Below, in pieces: positions 12,230 to 27,948 of a stretch of DNA of 64,000 bases. The stretch's first letter is position 1. Every line of letters begins with the position of its first letter. A program made the position numbers and the translations under genes. A model generated the notes under the pieces. It was not told the origin of the DNA. It did no database searches and worked only from the letters and a program-made list of their open reading frames with translations. This stretch comes from Octopus vulgaris (lineage: Eukaryota), in contig OX597816.1 in the NCBI GenBank assembly GCA_951406725.2, forward strand, positions 170,438,001-170,502,000, written 5' to 3'.

Positions 12230-13700
12230 AAATAAAGTTGTTGGTGTGCCCTTTATATTTTCAGTATCCTAAAAACTGTTAGGGTTCATGAGTTTTTTGT
12301 TCTATTTGAAATCTTGCACGTTTATACTAATACTAAAGTTCAGAGGGATAATTCCAGATGGTTGTATTTCTGATAAGAATGAAATTCGTAAATACAGACA
12401 CAGTGAGGCGAGACAGCACCGGAAGCAGGAAAGAGGTATCCAAGGATTGTTTGGGACAAGATGAAGAGAATATGCAGTGAACCTCTTGCGATAAGAAGTA
12501 ACTGCTGCACTAACGATATGTGAGGTAATAGATTTAGTGTGTTGTGAAGTGTATATTTAGCTATAATTAGAATTTATTTCCTTTTGAATGCGAGCCAAAT
12601 GTTCTCAGTATGTCTATAAACAGCATTGTCCTATATGTGACCTGCACTTTTTTTTTATTTATCTTACTTGAATTTTGTAGAAGTCGGATAACTACTCAGG
12701 GCTGAAATATTCTTTTACTCCAAAAGAATATTCTTGTCGCCCTGTGACATTCTTTTATTTTGTGGCCATCTTGAGATATATATTAGATATTGTGAAGCCA
12801 AATACTTGTGGTAACTTCAGATATTAAGTTACACGCTTAGAAAACACGTTTTATATGCATTGTAATTATGTCTGTTTTGACAGAAACTTGGTTGGTCTAT
12901 TTACATCGAAGCATTTAGGAAGAGTAAATGTCTGTAGAAGAAGTACAGTCTGACTTTGTGTCGTTGTTTAATCCCCAAGTTAACTAGTATAGAGCAGATC
13001 TATGATTAAAAGATAAAGGATGTCGAGCGTGTGATTGGAGTTGAAGTGTCAACGTAAAATATTTTAGCGGGATGCTGCTACCAGATTCCTCTACATCGAA
13101 GAGATTTTGGTGAGAGAAAAAACAAAAGACGAGAGAACTTCCAAGCTTAACGATGTTTTAGTCAAATATTTGTTCAGTCTGGTTAACAACTGACAGTAAA
13201 GCACTTAAAGGTTGGGGTAATCTGTCTACGTAAAAGACAAAGATTATGTTGTTTTTGTCATTTTAGTAAACTTACGTTGGTTTGTAAACAATATATTCGT
13301 AGTCAGTAGTAGTCCATAAGGAAATGTTGGAGTTCCGACAATTTAGATGTTTTGAAATACAAGAGAGATTACAACTGAAGAATATTATATGTTATGTGTA
13401 TGCAAGCCATAGATAGTACTCTAAGTCAAGGATATAGTTAGGTGGGGATACTGGCTATTCAAATAGGTCGGTTTTCGCGATGTCAGTATCAGTGCAAGAA
13501 GTAGGTATGAGTCAGGAGCAATTGTATATTCATTAGAAAGGATGGATACTTATAAAAGTAGCCTGACATTGATATATTTAATGCAAGGCGAAAAATGATA
13601 AATTTAATTGTGGCAATTGGATGAGTTAAACGAACGGTAAACGTGGAATAAGATAACACCCACTAGAAAAGAAACTTATATTTTCTGAATGATAAGAGAT
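12230..13700 (-). mobile_element. Possible ancient L2/CR1-group LINE remnant
   Basis: Only a weak FIRNTTIWN-like motif near 12350. Boundaries are approximate. Confidence 0.3.
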
Positions 13701-13873
13701 AATGATATGAAGGTCAGTTACTACGTGTGCGGAGATGGAGAGCAGTGCGTTACCTGGACAGCAAAACGGGTTTCAAAAGTAAGATGAGAAATTTGTGCAT
13801 CGTTTATGATAATATTTGTGCTCCGAATTGAACTGAAGTTTACAGACGTTTGAAATTTGAACTGAAGTTTACA

Positions 13874-13879
13874 TACACA

Positions 13880-13961
<82 letters not shown>

Positions 13962-13996
13962 CACACACACATGCACGCGCGCGCACGCACACACAT
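13874..13996. repeat. (CA)n microsatellite
   Basis: Seen directly. Confidence 0.95.
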
Positions 13997-14658
13997 ATCA
14001 GAGGAATATGGTATAACAATATCAATTGTGTGAGAGGGAAATTACAGATGAGAAATTCTGTTACGAAATTGAAAATAACTGCTGAATTTGTGTAAGACAT
14101 TGACTTGTGCATAGCATATTGCATTTATAGTTAAAACTAAGCGTTTTTTTCTGTAAACATGTAGTCGCTTGTTAACGTCAACATTCTAGGATAGATTATG
14201 TTTGATTAGAGCGATTTTAATACAATTAATACAAAGCGTGACAGAACTTTGAGAGATGAAAATATTTCAATCTGCGATTGAATCACTCTCTTTTAATGAA
14301 AATATTTTGAACTATTTTCTATTTGGAAATTCTTGGTGACTTCAAAGGTCATGTTAACTATCTCTCAAGAAAGGATTCTCATAATTAATGATTATCCATT
14401 TCCTGAAAATGTTTAAAGAGAAATCTACTTAAAATTGCTGTCTCTTGACAGAATACATTTACTAAATAAACATTCTTTGGATACAACACAAAAAGTCACA
14501 TGTATTTTCTTAAATGATAATACTCTACACATTTTAAAGAATTGTTGCATTAAAGAATAATGAGAACTTATGTGAAAATGAAAATGTAAATTTTTCCCAA
14601 ATCGCAATGCAATTCTTCACAACTGTATTTAAATGACTAATCAAATAAGTGTGGCACA

Positions 14659-15054
14659 TCTTTATATATAAAAGTGAGGTTGTGTGCTGTCTGTCTCCTA
14701 CGATTTAGATTCCTAACTACTCCCACATTTTGCGGTGCAGTTTAACCAAAGCCGGGTATCTTATAGTCGTGATTCATATCGAGCCCTTCTGGGTATTAGC
14801 GCGCGTCTACGATGAGTCTACGATTTAAAAAGAAAATTACCATTAATTTCTCCCATTTTTAATGCATTTTTGGCATATATAAGGGAAGTAACTCTCTAAA
14901 AATGTATTATTAAATCTCAGAACGTAAAAATCTACAGTAACACCCCCCCTCTGTGGTTAGCCATATTGAGATGGCTATTATACTTTACATCTCTAAAAAT
15001 GCTTATATAGTTATTTCCCTTACAAACCCGAGCAACGCCGGGCGATACTGCTAG
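14659..15054 (+). mobile_element. Non-autonomous Helitron, copy 1
   Basis: 5' TC, subterminal hairpin CCCGAGCAACGCCGGG, 3' CTAG, inserted between A and T with no TSD. Second copy at 57461. Confidence 0.92.
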
Positions 15055-18000
15055 TGTTCTTATAAAGAACTAATTTTGTGTAAGTTACTAGTTTAATTAA
15101 ACATTCACAATATTTTTTTAAAACTAAATAAGAGGAAAATTGATTATTGTGCTGAAACCTTAATCTGTTCATATTTTTAGGTAAATGTTTGTAATCGTTT
15201 TGTAACTTCAACAAATCTCTGATCGAGTAGTCCTGTACTACGCAATCCACCATAGTCCCATATTCTGGAATTTATAGTAGCATTTCCTCTAAATTTTATT
15301 GTGCTGAGTTAAAAATACACGAATAGGTGGGATGATTTAATGCTGAATGCATGCCAGTTTGCATAATGACAGAGTGGAAGATTGAGTGGTAACAGCTAGA
15401 CTTCCGGTTGAACGTTAAGTTGATTAGTAAAGGGATAATGTGTAGTCTCCAGACACTTTTCTACAAGAATACCATAAAGATGTTCTTTTGATGTTAGTAA
15501 CCATACAGGGATATTACAAAAATGAATATATGAATACAGAGATGTAGAAGAAGACAGATATGCAGCTAGACGTATGGCTATTACAAAGGAAGATTAAGCA
15601 TAATGCCATTAGCCTTGTTTAATACAACTGTTTGGTGAGTCAATCGCTACGAATGATCAATATTCAAAGTAAGAAAATTAATGGTGGTTTCACATTTAAT
15701 TCGATAGACTTTAGTCGTGAATTGTCTTCGATATTGAGTGAAATATCGCAAGATTATATTTATTGGCATCCAGTATTAGCATCTCGTCAGTATAACTACG
15801 TAAGAAGCGTTAAAACGTTTGCAATTCTTCATGAATTATTAATAAATAGGATTATTAGTACTGATATCAAAGTGGTAGGTGCAGAATTAAATGACGATAT
15901 TGAATTTAGAAATATAGACAAGAAATATTAGAATTTAGATGGAGAACACTAAATACAAGTGGATATAAAATTATATGAATTATAAATGTTTTATTGGCAT
16001 AATTTATTTTATAAAATACTTAAGGCATTTTATTTGGTGATGTATTTTAGGAATATTTCATTTATATTTTCTAAACACCGTGTAAAAATATTGAAACCAA
16101 TTTGTTTCGTAGTTTTTTTGGTTTTTTTCTTTTTTATACATTATTACAACTGACAGAGAAATTAAACTATAACTATCCATGTGTGTGTACCGGCAACTCG
16201 TAAACGAAGGTGAAGTATGCATAGCAACTGAAATTCATTTTATAGATAATGATATTATATACAAATTTGATGACTTTTGCTAATTTTTCAATGAGGCAGT
16301 TAAATGTTTTCATAACCTTGTCTCAAAAGCCATATGACTTATTACATGATAATTGAAATATTATATTAAAAAATCATGTTAATTTGTCTTTCATTGATCT
16401 TATAATTCATAACAGATAGCTCTTCAATTATTCTTTCCATTTTTTAAAGTCAGGTTCATATTCATTTAAAATGACATATACAGGATGCATGGCAACGACA
16501 TATTAATCAGAAATATAATTAATTGAATTAATAATGTAATTTGCATAATTAATCGAAAGCATCTATTTCCATGATTACAGAAATAAGCATTAATGATATT
16601 AATAACAGACAAATAGTCGATGATATAAAGAAAGCTGAGAAATATTTCGTATCTACGAAAGGAAAGATCGGTAAAAACTATTAATGACTACAGGCAAATT
16701 ATATCATTAAAAGCCCAAAGAACGAATGGATATAAACGTACATATCAAAATACATTTATACATACATATACACCCACATATATATTTGTGTGCGTATCGA
16801 TATATATATATCTATATCTATGTGTGTATATATATATATAGGAATATATGTATGTAAGCATACATGCACGTATGTATGTACGTACGAAACAGTAATTTCA
16901 AAAGCATTTTAATGCGCAGAGGCTTATAAAACCTTTCGCATAATGGATACTGAAAATTGTAAAGGCGGAAAGAATGTCAGTTATTTCCTTTATAATGAAA
17001 TTTATTGAATAGATAATGTGGTAATCCTGAAGTCGTTAAACCTTGTTTTATTAACCATTAAATCTTGCTTGATTGTTTGTTTGGGAAATGGGAAACATAG
17101 ATTTCTTTAACACACACACACACACTCACACACATACACATGCATTTGCACGCTCACATACGTTTCTGTATATATATATATATACATACATATATATATA
17201 TATATAAGTTCAGTAATTTTTAGATTCAGTTGAATATGATACTTAAGTTAAAGGCACCAGAATTTAGTTTGGTATTATGCATATAATTGAAAATGGGGTG
17301 ATATCCGTGTTGCTTATTTTTATATATATATATATATATATAGTTTATATAATGTAAACAAAATTGAGTTTATAGCAATAACACAAAGTGATCAGTGGCA
17401 TGTATATGAACAACACCAACAAATACAGTTATATCAAGTATAATGCAACATAAACTCTTGATTTACTAAAAATATTTCTGCTCTAGTGGATGTGACACAA
17501 GTGGTAAATGGCAATTAAAACCATTTGTCAATTGGGATAATCTCAAGAATCAAAAATTCTTTGAAGTTGATATGTGATTTAAGAAAAGATTTATTGTCTG
17601 AAATGGACAGTTGTGGACACCTGCTTCGATCTCAATATGTGTCACCCGAGTGACAGTTGCCCTAAAAACATAGAAACAAATTTATGAATAAAGTAACTTA
17701 CATAATTTAAACAAAATTGATCAGTGGTAAATAACTCAGAGCCGCTTGTGATAAGTGTTTGAGCGATATATGTACATCAATACCATACAAGAGATATTGT
17801 AGATTTTTTAAGAAATATTGATTTATTAAAATTATCTAAAGGATTAAGTACTGCTGACCATTCTGTTGGGAATTGGTTTTGGTGCATCGTTGCTCAAAAT
17901 CATATACTCCTGTAAATCTGCCAGTGATTTATCAGTGTCTGCAAGCGTTTTCTTGCAATGTTTTTTCTCTTTCTTTTCTTCTCCATTTTTCAGTTGTTGT

Positions 18001-18189
18001 CATCTGAGATCCTCTTCACTCCCTCAGTGGTTCGATGTCGTGGTGCGTTATGTCTTGGGGTGGGAAATTTGTGGTTTTATTCTGCTGATCTTGTTGCATA
18101 GGTTTTCTCTGTTTCTGTTGCTGTTGCAATTGTTTCTTAGTTCAAATTTCGCCGGGATAACTTTGCCTTTGAACCTACTGGAGTCAATA

Positions 18190-19300
18190 CTGTCTTGAGT
18201 ATTGCTGTTACTCTGCGATAACATTCTCTCCTGATCTTTTCTTCATCACTGAATGCCTGATTCTGTCCCCTTCAATTACCCCTAGGTACTTGTAGCTCTC
18301 CGCTGGGTCTAACTCATTTATGACATTCTGCTGGTCAAGGTAAACGTTAGATGTTTCTGTCATTTTCCCTTTGATAAAGGTAGCTTTTGCACATTTATCG
18401 AGGCCAAATTGGATTCTGATGTCATCACTGAATTGTTTAACAATCGCTAGTAAGCCCTTGAGTTGTTGGTAATTTTTTGCAAAGAGCTTTAAATCATGCA
18501 TGTAAATGAGATGATTTATATTTTTATGAAACATTTTATAACCGTACTGTGCAACGTTAAGCAATTTTGAGAGAAATATTAACGCTAAACAAAAGAGGAG
18601 TGGTAATAGGGAGTCACCTTGGACAATGCCACATGAAATTTTTACATCTCCAGCATTTAGAGATTCATGGTCACTGTTCAAAGTTAGTGTGGTTCTCCAA
18701 GGTCTCATAACTACCGACAAAATGGTTCGCACAGTAGGCGCTATTTTATTCATTTCCAGACACTTCTTTGTTCGTTACTGTCTATGTAGGGTCTTACTTC
18801 ACGGTGTTTCTGTCTCCAGTTTAAGTAGGTTTGTACAGTATTAGATTTATCTGTGGGGAACTTCTTTATTATTTTTCCTAGACCATTTTTCATTCTTTTT
18901 CTTTTGGTTATTTGATGACGGGAATGGATGGCTATCTGTTGGAATATTCCGGTTGTGGGGTACTTCCAGCTCCTGTGTGTCAGGAAGATTTGAACCAGTA
19001 GCTGATTTTTCGATTCGAATCTGGTTCAACATTCGAGTATGTGGTCTTTTGTAAACCGATTGATGACCAGTCTGATTTGTAATTTGTTTTGTTAACAGTG
19101 AGGCATGACGACCTTCGACGTTTAGATTAGGGGACGGATCTGTCTTTTTGGGGTAAATTTTTGGCGACAACACCGTCTACGTGTTCTCTGCATGTAAAAA
19201 TTGCTCGGATCGTACCTTCTTAAGGCTAGCAGATCTGTATTCGTCTGTATTTTTTGTTGTTAGATTTATCTCCGAACCTAGTTTTTTTGTGGTGTTCTTA
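18190..19300 (-). mobile_element. R4/Dong-type LINE fragment (RT), internally deleted
   Basis: GIVQGDSLLPLLFCLAL, HLIYMHDLKLFAK, FGLDKCAK, YKYLGV. DNA is closely similar to 53275-53650. Confidence 0.88.
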
Positions 19301-19837
19301 AACTTATGAATGGTTCACTCTGTCAGTGTTAGTTCGAAAAATGAAAATAATAAAAAAGGAGAAAGTCTTGTCTTTTTTTTTTTGCTTCGTTTGTGACACG
19401 TGCTTTCATATACGTGAGTGTGTGTCCTGTAAATTTCACATACTTGTGTAAACATTGAGATGTATGTGTAGTCCTATGGGTATAAAATGTATGTATGATT
19501 GTGTAGACATTCGAGTGTATGCATAAATATGCAATTTATGTACTTACTATTTTGTTCCATTTGTATTTTATAATTTGTAGACTTTCCGGTGTGGATATCG
19601 TACGTGTGTTTCGCACATGTTTCAATGACACATCGTTCGTAGGAGAAACTGTGCTTTGTATGGCAGTAAAATTTCGTTTTTTATTTTAGTATTTTCGTTA
19701 CAATGCCACTTTCAAGTCCTCCACAGGTTCCTTTCTCTAATTCTATCGACGTTAAGATTTGGTTTTGAAGAGGGAGCCCGGTTAAGTACATTCATGTTGT
19801 TATTCAGCGCGGGCCTATTATCATTATTATTATTATT

Positions 19838-20995
<1,158 letters not shown>

Positions 20996-21033
20996 ATAAA
21001 TGTTGTTTAGTTTTGACTTTTGTTATTATTATA

Positions 21034-21168
<135 letters not shown>

Positions 21169-21339
21169 TATACAGTAATTTATAAATATATATATATTTT
21201 TATATAATGTATTATTATTAATATCAGGAAATCAATATTAGAAAATTCTTCGAAAGCTATATGTGTGTAAAATAATTGTTGTATTAAAAATATAAATACA
21301 TATAAATATATGTAAATATGTATAAGTATAAATATATAA

Positions 21340-24200
21340 TAATAAATATGACAGTTTAAAAGTTTCGAATTAAGTTTATAAAGCTTCTTACGATCATTTC
21401 GCAGAGGTGCTGTCCCTAGAATGGAATCCTATATTGATAAACATTTCTAGACAACTCTTCTGCTCTTCAGAGATATAAAACATGCACGGGTTCTAATTCC
21501 AAGAATATCTATTCAATATTTATTTAATGTATAATTTATTTTATGTAAATGTGCGGATAGTCAAATAATTCTAATTAATTTATCTATTGATCTGTTAGTA
21601 TCACCTTATATTTTGATATCACAAAAATGACATATATATATTCACTAATCTAAATCTTTATTAGATCTCCTATAATATTGAAAGGTTTTATAAAACCTAT
21701 GCCTACATGTTGAAAGTACTTCTGATTGACAATTTATTAAGTTCTTATATTTATATAATAATATATATTGTGATTCCTTCATACAGAAACGGCAACTATT
21801 AGATTAATGTGTATGGTGTGGTTGAATCTGTTATTGACCAATCTAATCTATAGTTAACTTTGTTTTTCTTAAATGTATGTATATATGTAGCTAATGACGT
21901 GATATTGGTATATATATTTGGCTTAAAGGAGTTTATGTGTACTAAAAATCTTTGTTTAAAATTAACGGAACTACCTATATATGCTATACTATGTGAATTA
22001 TTAATTAATCTAACTCTGCATTTGTTCATTACGTTAAATCTTCTACAATTGCCTTTAATGTTTTATATTTACATGAGCAGTTCTTATTTTTATTTTTATA
22101 TTTCTGTTCAGATGAATAGTTTCTACTATTGTTATGATTATTTGTGGTGTATGGTATTATTATTGATTTATCGAAGTATTATTTATCATAGAGTTAAATA
22201 CATTTATTGTTTGTGAATTATTATTTTTATTTTATTAGCTTGCGGTATTAATTATCTAAGGCATTTTGTACATTTTCAAATGTATGGTAATTAAAATATT
22301 GCTGGGGTTTTGTTATATCAATATCATTGTTAGATGTTCCGGTATTTTGAGTATTATATATACTCCTATTGTTACTTCTTATCTTGTTATTATTATTTTT
22401 ATTGTTATTATTATTACAGCTGTTTTTATATTTGTTATTATTTTATTAGAACAGGCGATAATAGATCCTATGTGGAGAAGGATATTTTAATTGATGATCT
22501 ATTAAATATGTGATGATACTTATGATTCATAGGAAATTTTTTAAAGCTATATTTAAAGCCTTTTTTGCTAAACCCTTAACATTTAAGGAAAATGGAGGTG
22601 TGTAGCAGATAATGTCTCTCTTTCCGCTCCTATTAGGTAGTTTATTACATTTATATACTGGTTTTGGGATTTGTATATTTTTCATTGAGTATTTATTTTT
22701 ATTATTATATTTAGTTCTTTGCCTATCATTATTTTTTCTAGATCTCTTATTGTATTGCGTAGACGTTTCGTCATTTATTATTAATTGCGTATTATTGTTA
22801 TAGTTAAGGTTATCTTTATTTCTTATCTTAGTATCGCATGTAGTTTTGTTTAATTCCATTTGTGCTATGTAAAGTTTTAGTTTAGAATCGTTTATGTATT
22901 TAATATTTTCTTTGAATACACTAGCAGCTAAAGCCAGGTTCTAACAATTGGCATGATTATTAAAAATTTCTCCATTATAAGATAGGTCAGATATTCTAGT
23001 AGATATACTATTTACGATACTTTTAGTAATGATATATAATGATATGATTTGAATTGATATTTATTGAAATGCAGAATAGGTTGAATTATTAAGGTCTCGG
23101 ATTAGGTCTAAAAATTTGTTTTAGAATAACTTTCGTCAATTGTGATAGATAAACCAAAATTTTTATAAAATTTGGTAGTTCCTCTCTCATTTTTCATGTT
23201 TTTGTTTTGGACCTACCATTATAGACTAGATGTGCGTCATCTCTATATAATCTTCCCTTCAGAGATGGGAAGTAGTGTTTAGTCTCATATAATAAATATA
23301 ATCCTACTAAGTCTGTGATTTGTGCCGAATCGGTCGATCCCATTGTAATATCAAATACATTAAATTAACTATCTTTACCAGATCCGCAACCTAATTTGTC
23401 ATTGAATTTAATAAGTGTTTTTCTAGCTAACATAATAATATCAATTTCCAATGGTGTAATATCAGTAAGATTTTTGGCTAAAGTTATAGCGTTATTTGAT
23501 ATAATTGGGGATAAAGATGCATAAGATTTGTTAATGTCCAATTGTAAATATGATAACTTTGTCTTAATAGGTAATAAATGGTAATAATAGGTTATTTTAA
23601 TTCTATCTAAAATATTCTTACTTATCCTTCCTAGGTCCGATTTAGTTGGACAAATTAGTCTAATATTAGGATTAATATTAAAATCTAATTTATAGTTTTT
23701 CAGATTAAAATGTGGTGTATTCGGATATATATATTTCAGTGCGGTCTTCAACGTCTAATTTATGCATAATTATAGAATGTTCTTTATTTATCATTTCTAA
23801 ATTTGATGGATTAGTAATTTTATAAGATTTCCATAATTCCTTATGTATAAATTCTTGGTATTGAGTAGGAGTAATGGAATATAAATTTCCTGCTGCATCA
23901 GAGAAAACATCATGTTAGGTGATTTTATAATTTTGCTGACTATTTTAGTAAGATTCTTTTGATATTTGGAATAAAGTGTAGAGAATTTTATAGATTTTAT
24001 CATTTCTAAAATTGCGTTTCCAAAGTCTATTAATATCGGATTATGTGGAGGGTTTTTATATGAGCTAAGTCCTTAAGTATTATTCTTTTGGTATTTTATA
24101 GTTCCTTTGTTATTATATATAATCGCTCGTATCAAATACATAAATACTTTAATAGTATTAATACTTTGATATAATAGAGCAATCAAATATAAATATTCTC
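21340..24200 (-). mobile_element. Penelope-like element, near full length, decayed
   Basis: RLICPTKSDLGRISKNILD, FDITMGSTDSAQITDLVGLYLL, LYRDD, RDIICYTPPFSLNV and the GIY-YIG motif IAYIGSSVNFKQRFLVHINSF. Hammerhead downstream. Confidence 0.9.
21385..21474 (-). ncRNA. PLE-associated type I hammerhead ribozyme
   Basis: Minus strand: TCT-CTGAAGA-GCAGA...TCTGC-GAAA-T-GATC-G-TA-AGA. Long stem II, minimal stem III with palindromic GATC loop. Confidence 0.72.
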
Positions 24201-24221
24201 AATGAATATATTTAACTAAAG

Positions 24222-24277
<56 letters not shown>

Positions 24278-24354
24278 TTGAACTTTTGAATTTTGGGATA
24301 ACTGGGAGGATTTTTTGACTTTTCAGTAGTCAAGAAGAAAAGAAGGGCAACATT

Positions 24355-24745
24355 TTCACAGAAAATTGTAGATATTAAAATTTTAAATTTTCTAAAGATC
24401 ATTGCTTGTATGTCCGAACAGAGAAAACTGTAGAGTTCTTGCAATAAAAGGATGTTATGCTTACATTTTCCAGTACTCAGGGAGAAAGAAAAGGAAGGAG
24501 AAGTGTAAAGTTTACGGAGAAAATTGTAATTATTAAAGCTTTTATGTTTTCCAAAGATGATCGTTTGTATGTACAGACAGAGAACACTGTAGTGTTCTTA
24601 AATTAAAAGTATGCTTACATTTTAAAATATTCAGAGAGAAAAGAAAGGACGTGTATTTATATAAGTTGTAAATATTAAAGTTTTTGAAACTTTTTTAAGT
24701 TGATCGTTTGAGTGTTCGTCCAGAGAAAATTGTAGATATGTAAGT
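24355..24745. repeat. Degenerate ~150-160 bp tandem repeat (~2.5 units)
   Basis: Recurring AAGATGATCGTTTG...CAGAGAAAACTGTAG at about 24395, 24555 and 24697. Confidence 0.75.
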
Positions 24746-25199
24746 TTCAAACCTTATTTTGGGGAAAAATGTTTCGTTTTTTATTTGGTTTGCAAGATTC
24801 TTTATGTGAGTTAGAGTGTTGAAGCATATTCTGTTGTGTCTGGGGAGAGTCATTTCCCTTTTGTGCATTATAATTTAACACACTCACAGGTAAAATTTCC
24901 ACTTATTTCTTATTTTTATTTTCCTAAAATTTTCCTAAAATTTTCAATAGTCTTGACTCTGTCCGTCATTTACACTGCATTCCTTTTTGTTTGTTTGTGC
25001 ACATGTGTGAAGTTCAGTGTCTGTGTGTGTCTAAGCCTGCATGTATGTATGTCTGTATGTATGCAAGTGTCTGTATGTATATATGTGTGTGTATGCATAT
25101 GTATATATGTATGTGTGTGCATCTGTATGAGTGTATTCTACATATTCATGTGCTTGCATGTCCGTGCTTATATATTTTTTATGTATGTGTGTGCGTCTG

Positions 25200-27300
25200 T
25201 TTATTACCTTTTATAGTTTTGTCGCTATGTACAGAATGGGGTTTATACCATTTGTCAGCGGTTTTGATTTTATAATACCGATATATTGTCCAACGTAAAT
25301 ACCGGCCAACTCTATCATGTCTTGCTTTATATACTACAGGTGCTAAGACTCTGCACCCTGAGATTAGGTGGTCTATAGTTTCAATCTCATCGTTACAGAA
25401 TCGGCATTTTGGGTCAGCTCCATTTTTTATCACATTGGCTTGGTAGTTCCGGGTTAATAAGCTTTGGTCTTAAGCAGCTAATATGAAACCTTCACTCTCT
25501 GCGTTTACCCCTCGGTTTCGTAGCCATTGGTGCGTGTGTTTCTGGTCGCTATCAGCTTGTTTGCTACTGGCCACATACTTGCCATGCAGAGGTTTCTGTT
25601 CCCATATGCTAGCTAATTTTTCATGTACTTTTGTCTTTGCAATTAATTTTATTTTCTTTGCAGCAGCAATTGGCGCATTTCCTTCAACCTGATTAATCTG
25701 GTAAGTATCTAAGATATCAGTAACAACTTTCATATTTTTCAACAAGTTTTAGCATCCAATCGTTGGTTGCTTCAAGGTATTTGACCAGTCCGGTTGTGGT
25801 GGTTCTGTACGTAAGTTCAAGCTGGATCAAACTTCGAGCTCCTTGAGCTCTGGGAGGGTAAAGACGATCCACGTCTGCCTTTGGATGGTGCATCTTATTA
25901 CAAGTCATTAGCTTGCGGATTTTTCTGTGAATTTTTATTATTTCACTGGTATTCCAGTTAAGCACATTGAAGCTATAGAGAACAACTTGGACAGCTAAGG
26001 AATTTATGACTAACACCTTATTATATGCATTCAGCTCAGACTTCAGGATTGCTCGAACTCTTTTATAACATTCCTTCTTAACCTTCCCTTTCATACTTGC
26101 ATGCTGGATACCAGAGCCTTTATTTATTCCTAGGTATTTATAGGTTTGTTCCTGCTCAAGCTCCTTTATTACTATTTCGACATCTAATTCGATTGAACTT
26201 GACTTTACCAATTTCCTTTTCTTAAAAGTGGCTTTGGCACACTTTTCAAGGCCAGAATCCATCACGATATCATCACTGAATCCTTTCACAGTATTTAGTA
26301 GTTTTTGAAGCTCTTCATCATGTTTGTCATATAGTTTTAAATCATCCATATAAAAAGATGGCTTGTTTTCCTGTTGTCAATTTTGTAGCAATATTCAGTT
26401 CACTTGAGAGTGGTATTAGCGCTATGCAGAAAATTAATGGTGAAAGTGAGTCACCTTGGAAAATCCTACAGTTTGTGCTAATATTGTTTGAGCACAATAC
26501 TCCATTAGAATGATATAATTGGAGCTTCGTTTTCCATAGGGACATATTATACTTTAAAAAATCTGAAATCACAGGAGAAATTTTGAAAATGTCCAGCGAT
26601 TTCAGAATCCAAGAATGTTGTATGCTGTCAAAGGCTTTTTTTATAATCAATCCATGAAAAGCTGGCGCTTGTTATGGCAGTTCTCAAGGATCATACCATT
26701 AATTAGGAGCTGATCTTTGCATCCGTATGAGCCTCATCTGCATCCTTTTGTTCAGTGGGAAAGAGTGTATTCTCTTCCATAAACGCATATGTTTTCTCCA
26801 CTAGAATAGATATCAAAATCTTATATGTAGTACATAAACATGTTATAGGCTGGTAGTTTTTTTGGTTTTTTTTTTGGTCTTTCGTTTCGTTATTTATACG
26901 GAGGAGGTAAGTAATACCATTTGCCATCCAATGGGGAGTTTTTTCCGGGTCTTTCATAATAATATTAAATAGTATTACTAACATTTTGTGTGCGGACGAG
27001 AGTGATGTGAGCCAGAAATTTGGTACTCTATCAATGCCAGGAGATTTCCACTTATGAGCCTTCGTTAGTGCCCTCCTTAGGTGGGCGATTGAGATCTTTT
27101 CCCCATACCTGTTCTTGTAGATTTTTGTAGGCATCTTGGGTGCGTTTGATCCAGTTGGCATTTTCATTGTATGGTTTCTCATCACTCCAGATCCCCTTCC
27201 AAAAGTTTTCAACTTCTTCCATTAGGGGTGGATTTACAATGGTTATTTTTTGTTTCCCTATTTCTCTGTAAAATTATTTGTCATTGGATTTGAACATATT
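25200..27300 (-). mobile_element. R4/Dong-type LINE (RT plus CCHC), truncated and frameshifted
   Basis: WKSPGIDRVPNFWL, YQPITCLCTTYK, KKAFDSIQHSWI, IFQGDSLSPLIF, MDDLKLY, CRFC..ETIDHLISGC, RHDRVG. Confidence 0.93.
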
Positions 27301-27327
27301 ATTTTGCTTGTATTATTATTATCATCA

Positions 27328-27374
<47 letters not shown>

Positions 27375-27931
27375 GAGTGAGAGAGCAGTTCATGCCATCG
27401 AAGTGACACTGGGGTAAAATATACGAAGCCCAATATACCCATCATGACTACGCGTCTGATAAGGGTACACCAGGCACATGCATCACAACCATATGTGCAC
27501 GACATGGTGATCTCATATCAAGATAAACAGCACATGACCTTGCAGGTGGGGTCCAGTTAGAACTTTTTTTCAGGTTGAGTAGCCCATCCTGCTCAAACGG
27601 TCCCTGAATAAGGGTTGTTTAAGGATGTTGAAAAAACCACCCATGTTTCCAGAGGTGAACTATTCAAACCCCAAAGAATCCCTCTCAACACATGGCTATG
27701 ATGCTCCCCCACTACTTCTGCTCGTGATCAGAGATGCACATATCATCAGCCACTAAGGGACATGCTCAACTGATTAAGGTCAAACAACTGACAAGCAAAT
27801 CTGTGGTATTGAGCAGAATATTTGCTGTAGCCCATCTTTTATACCAAGACAAAACAATGTACATGATAACACTTCCAATCAGTTAAGATCAGAAGCCATG
27901 AGAGCCACTGCCTGGTACTGCATCAGGGCAT
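27375..27931 (-). mobile_element. Element D, copy 2
   Basis: Colinear with copy 1. (TTA)n flanks. Confidence 0.9.
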
Positions 27932-27948
27932 TTATTATTATTATTATT

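Noticed and set aside
15632-15931. 99-aa ORF, and similarly 36875-37075 and 38442-38663
   Set aside because: No recognisable motif or convincing splice signals. Compatible with chance.
19595-19670. Minus-strand stem followed by GAAACACACGTA
   Set aside because: No CUGANGA box. At most a dead relic.
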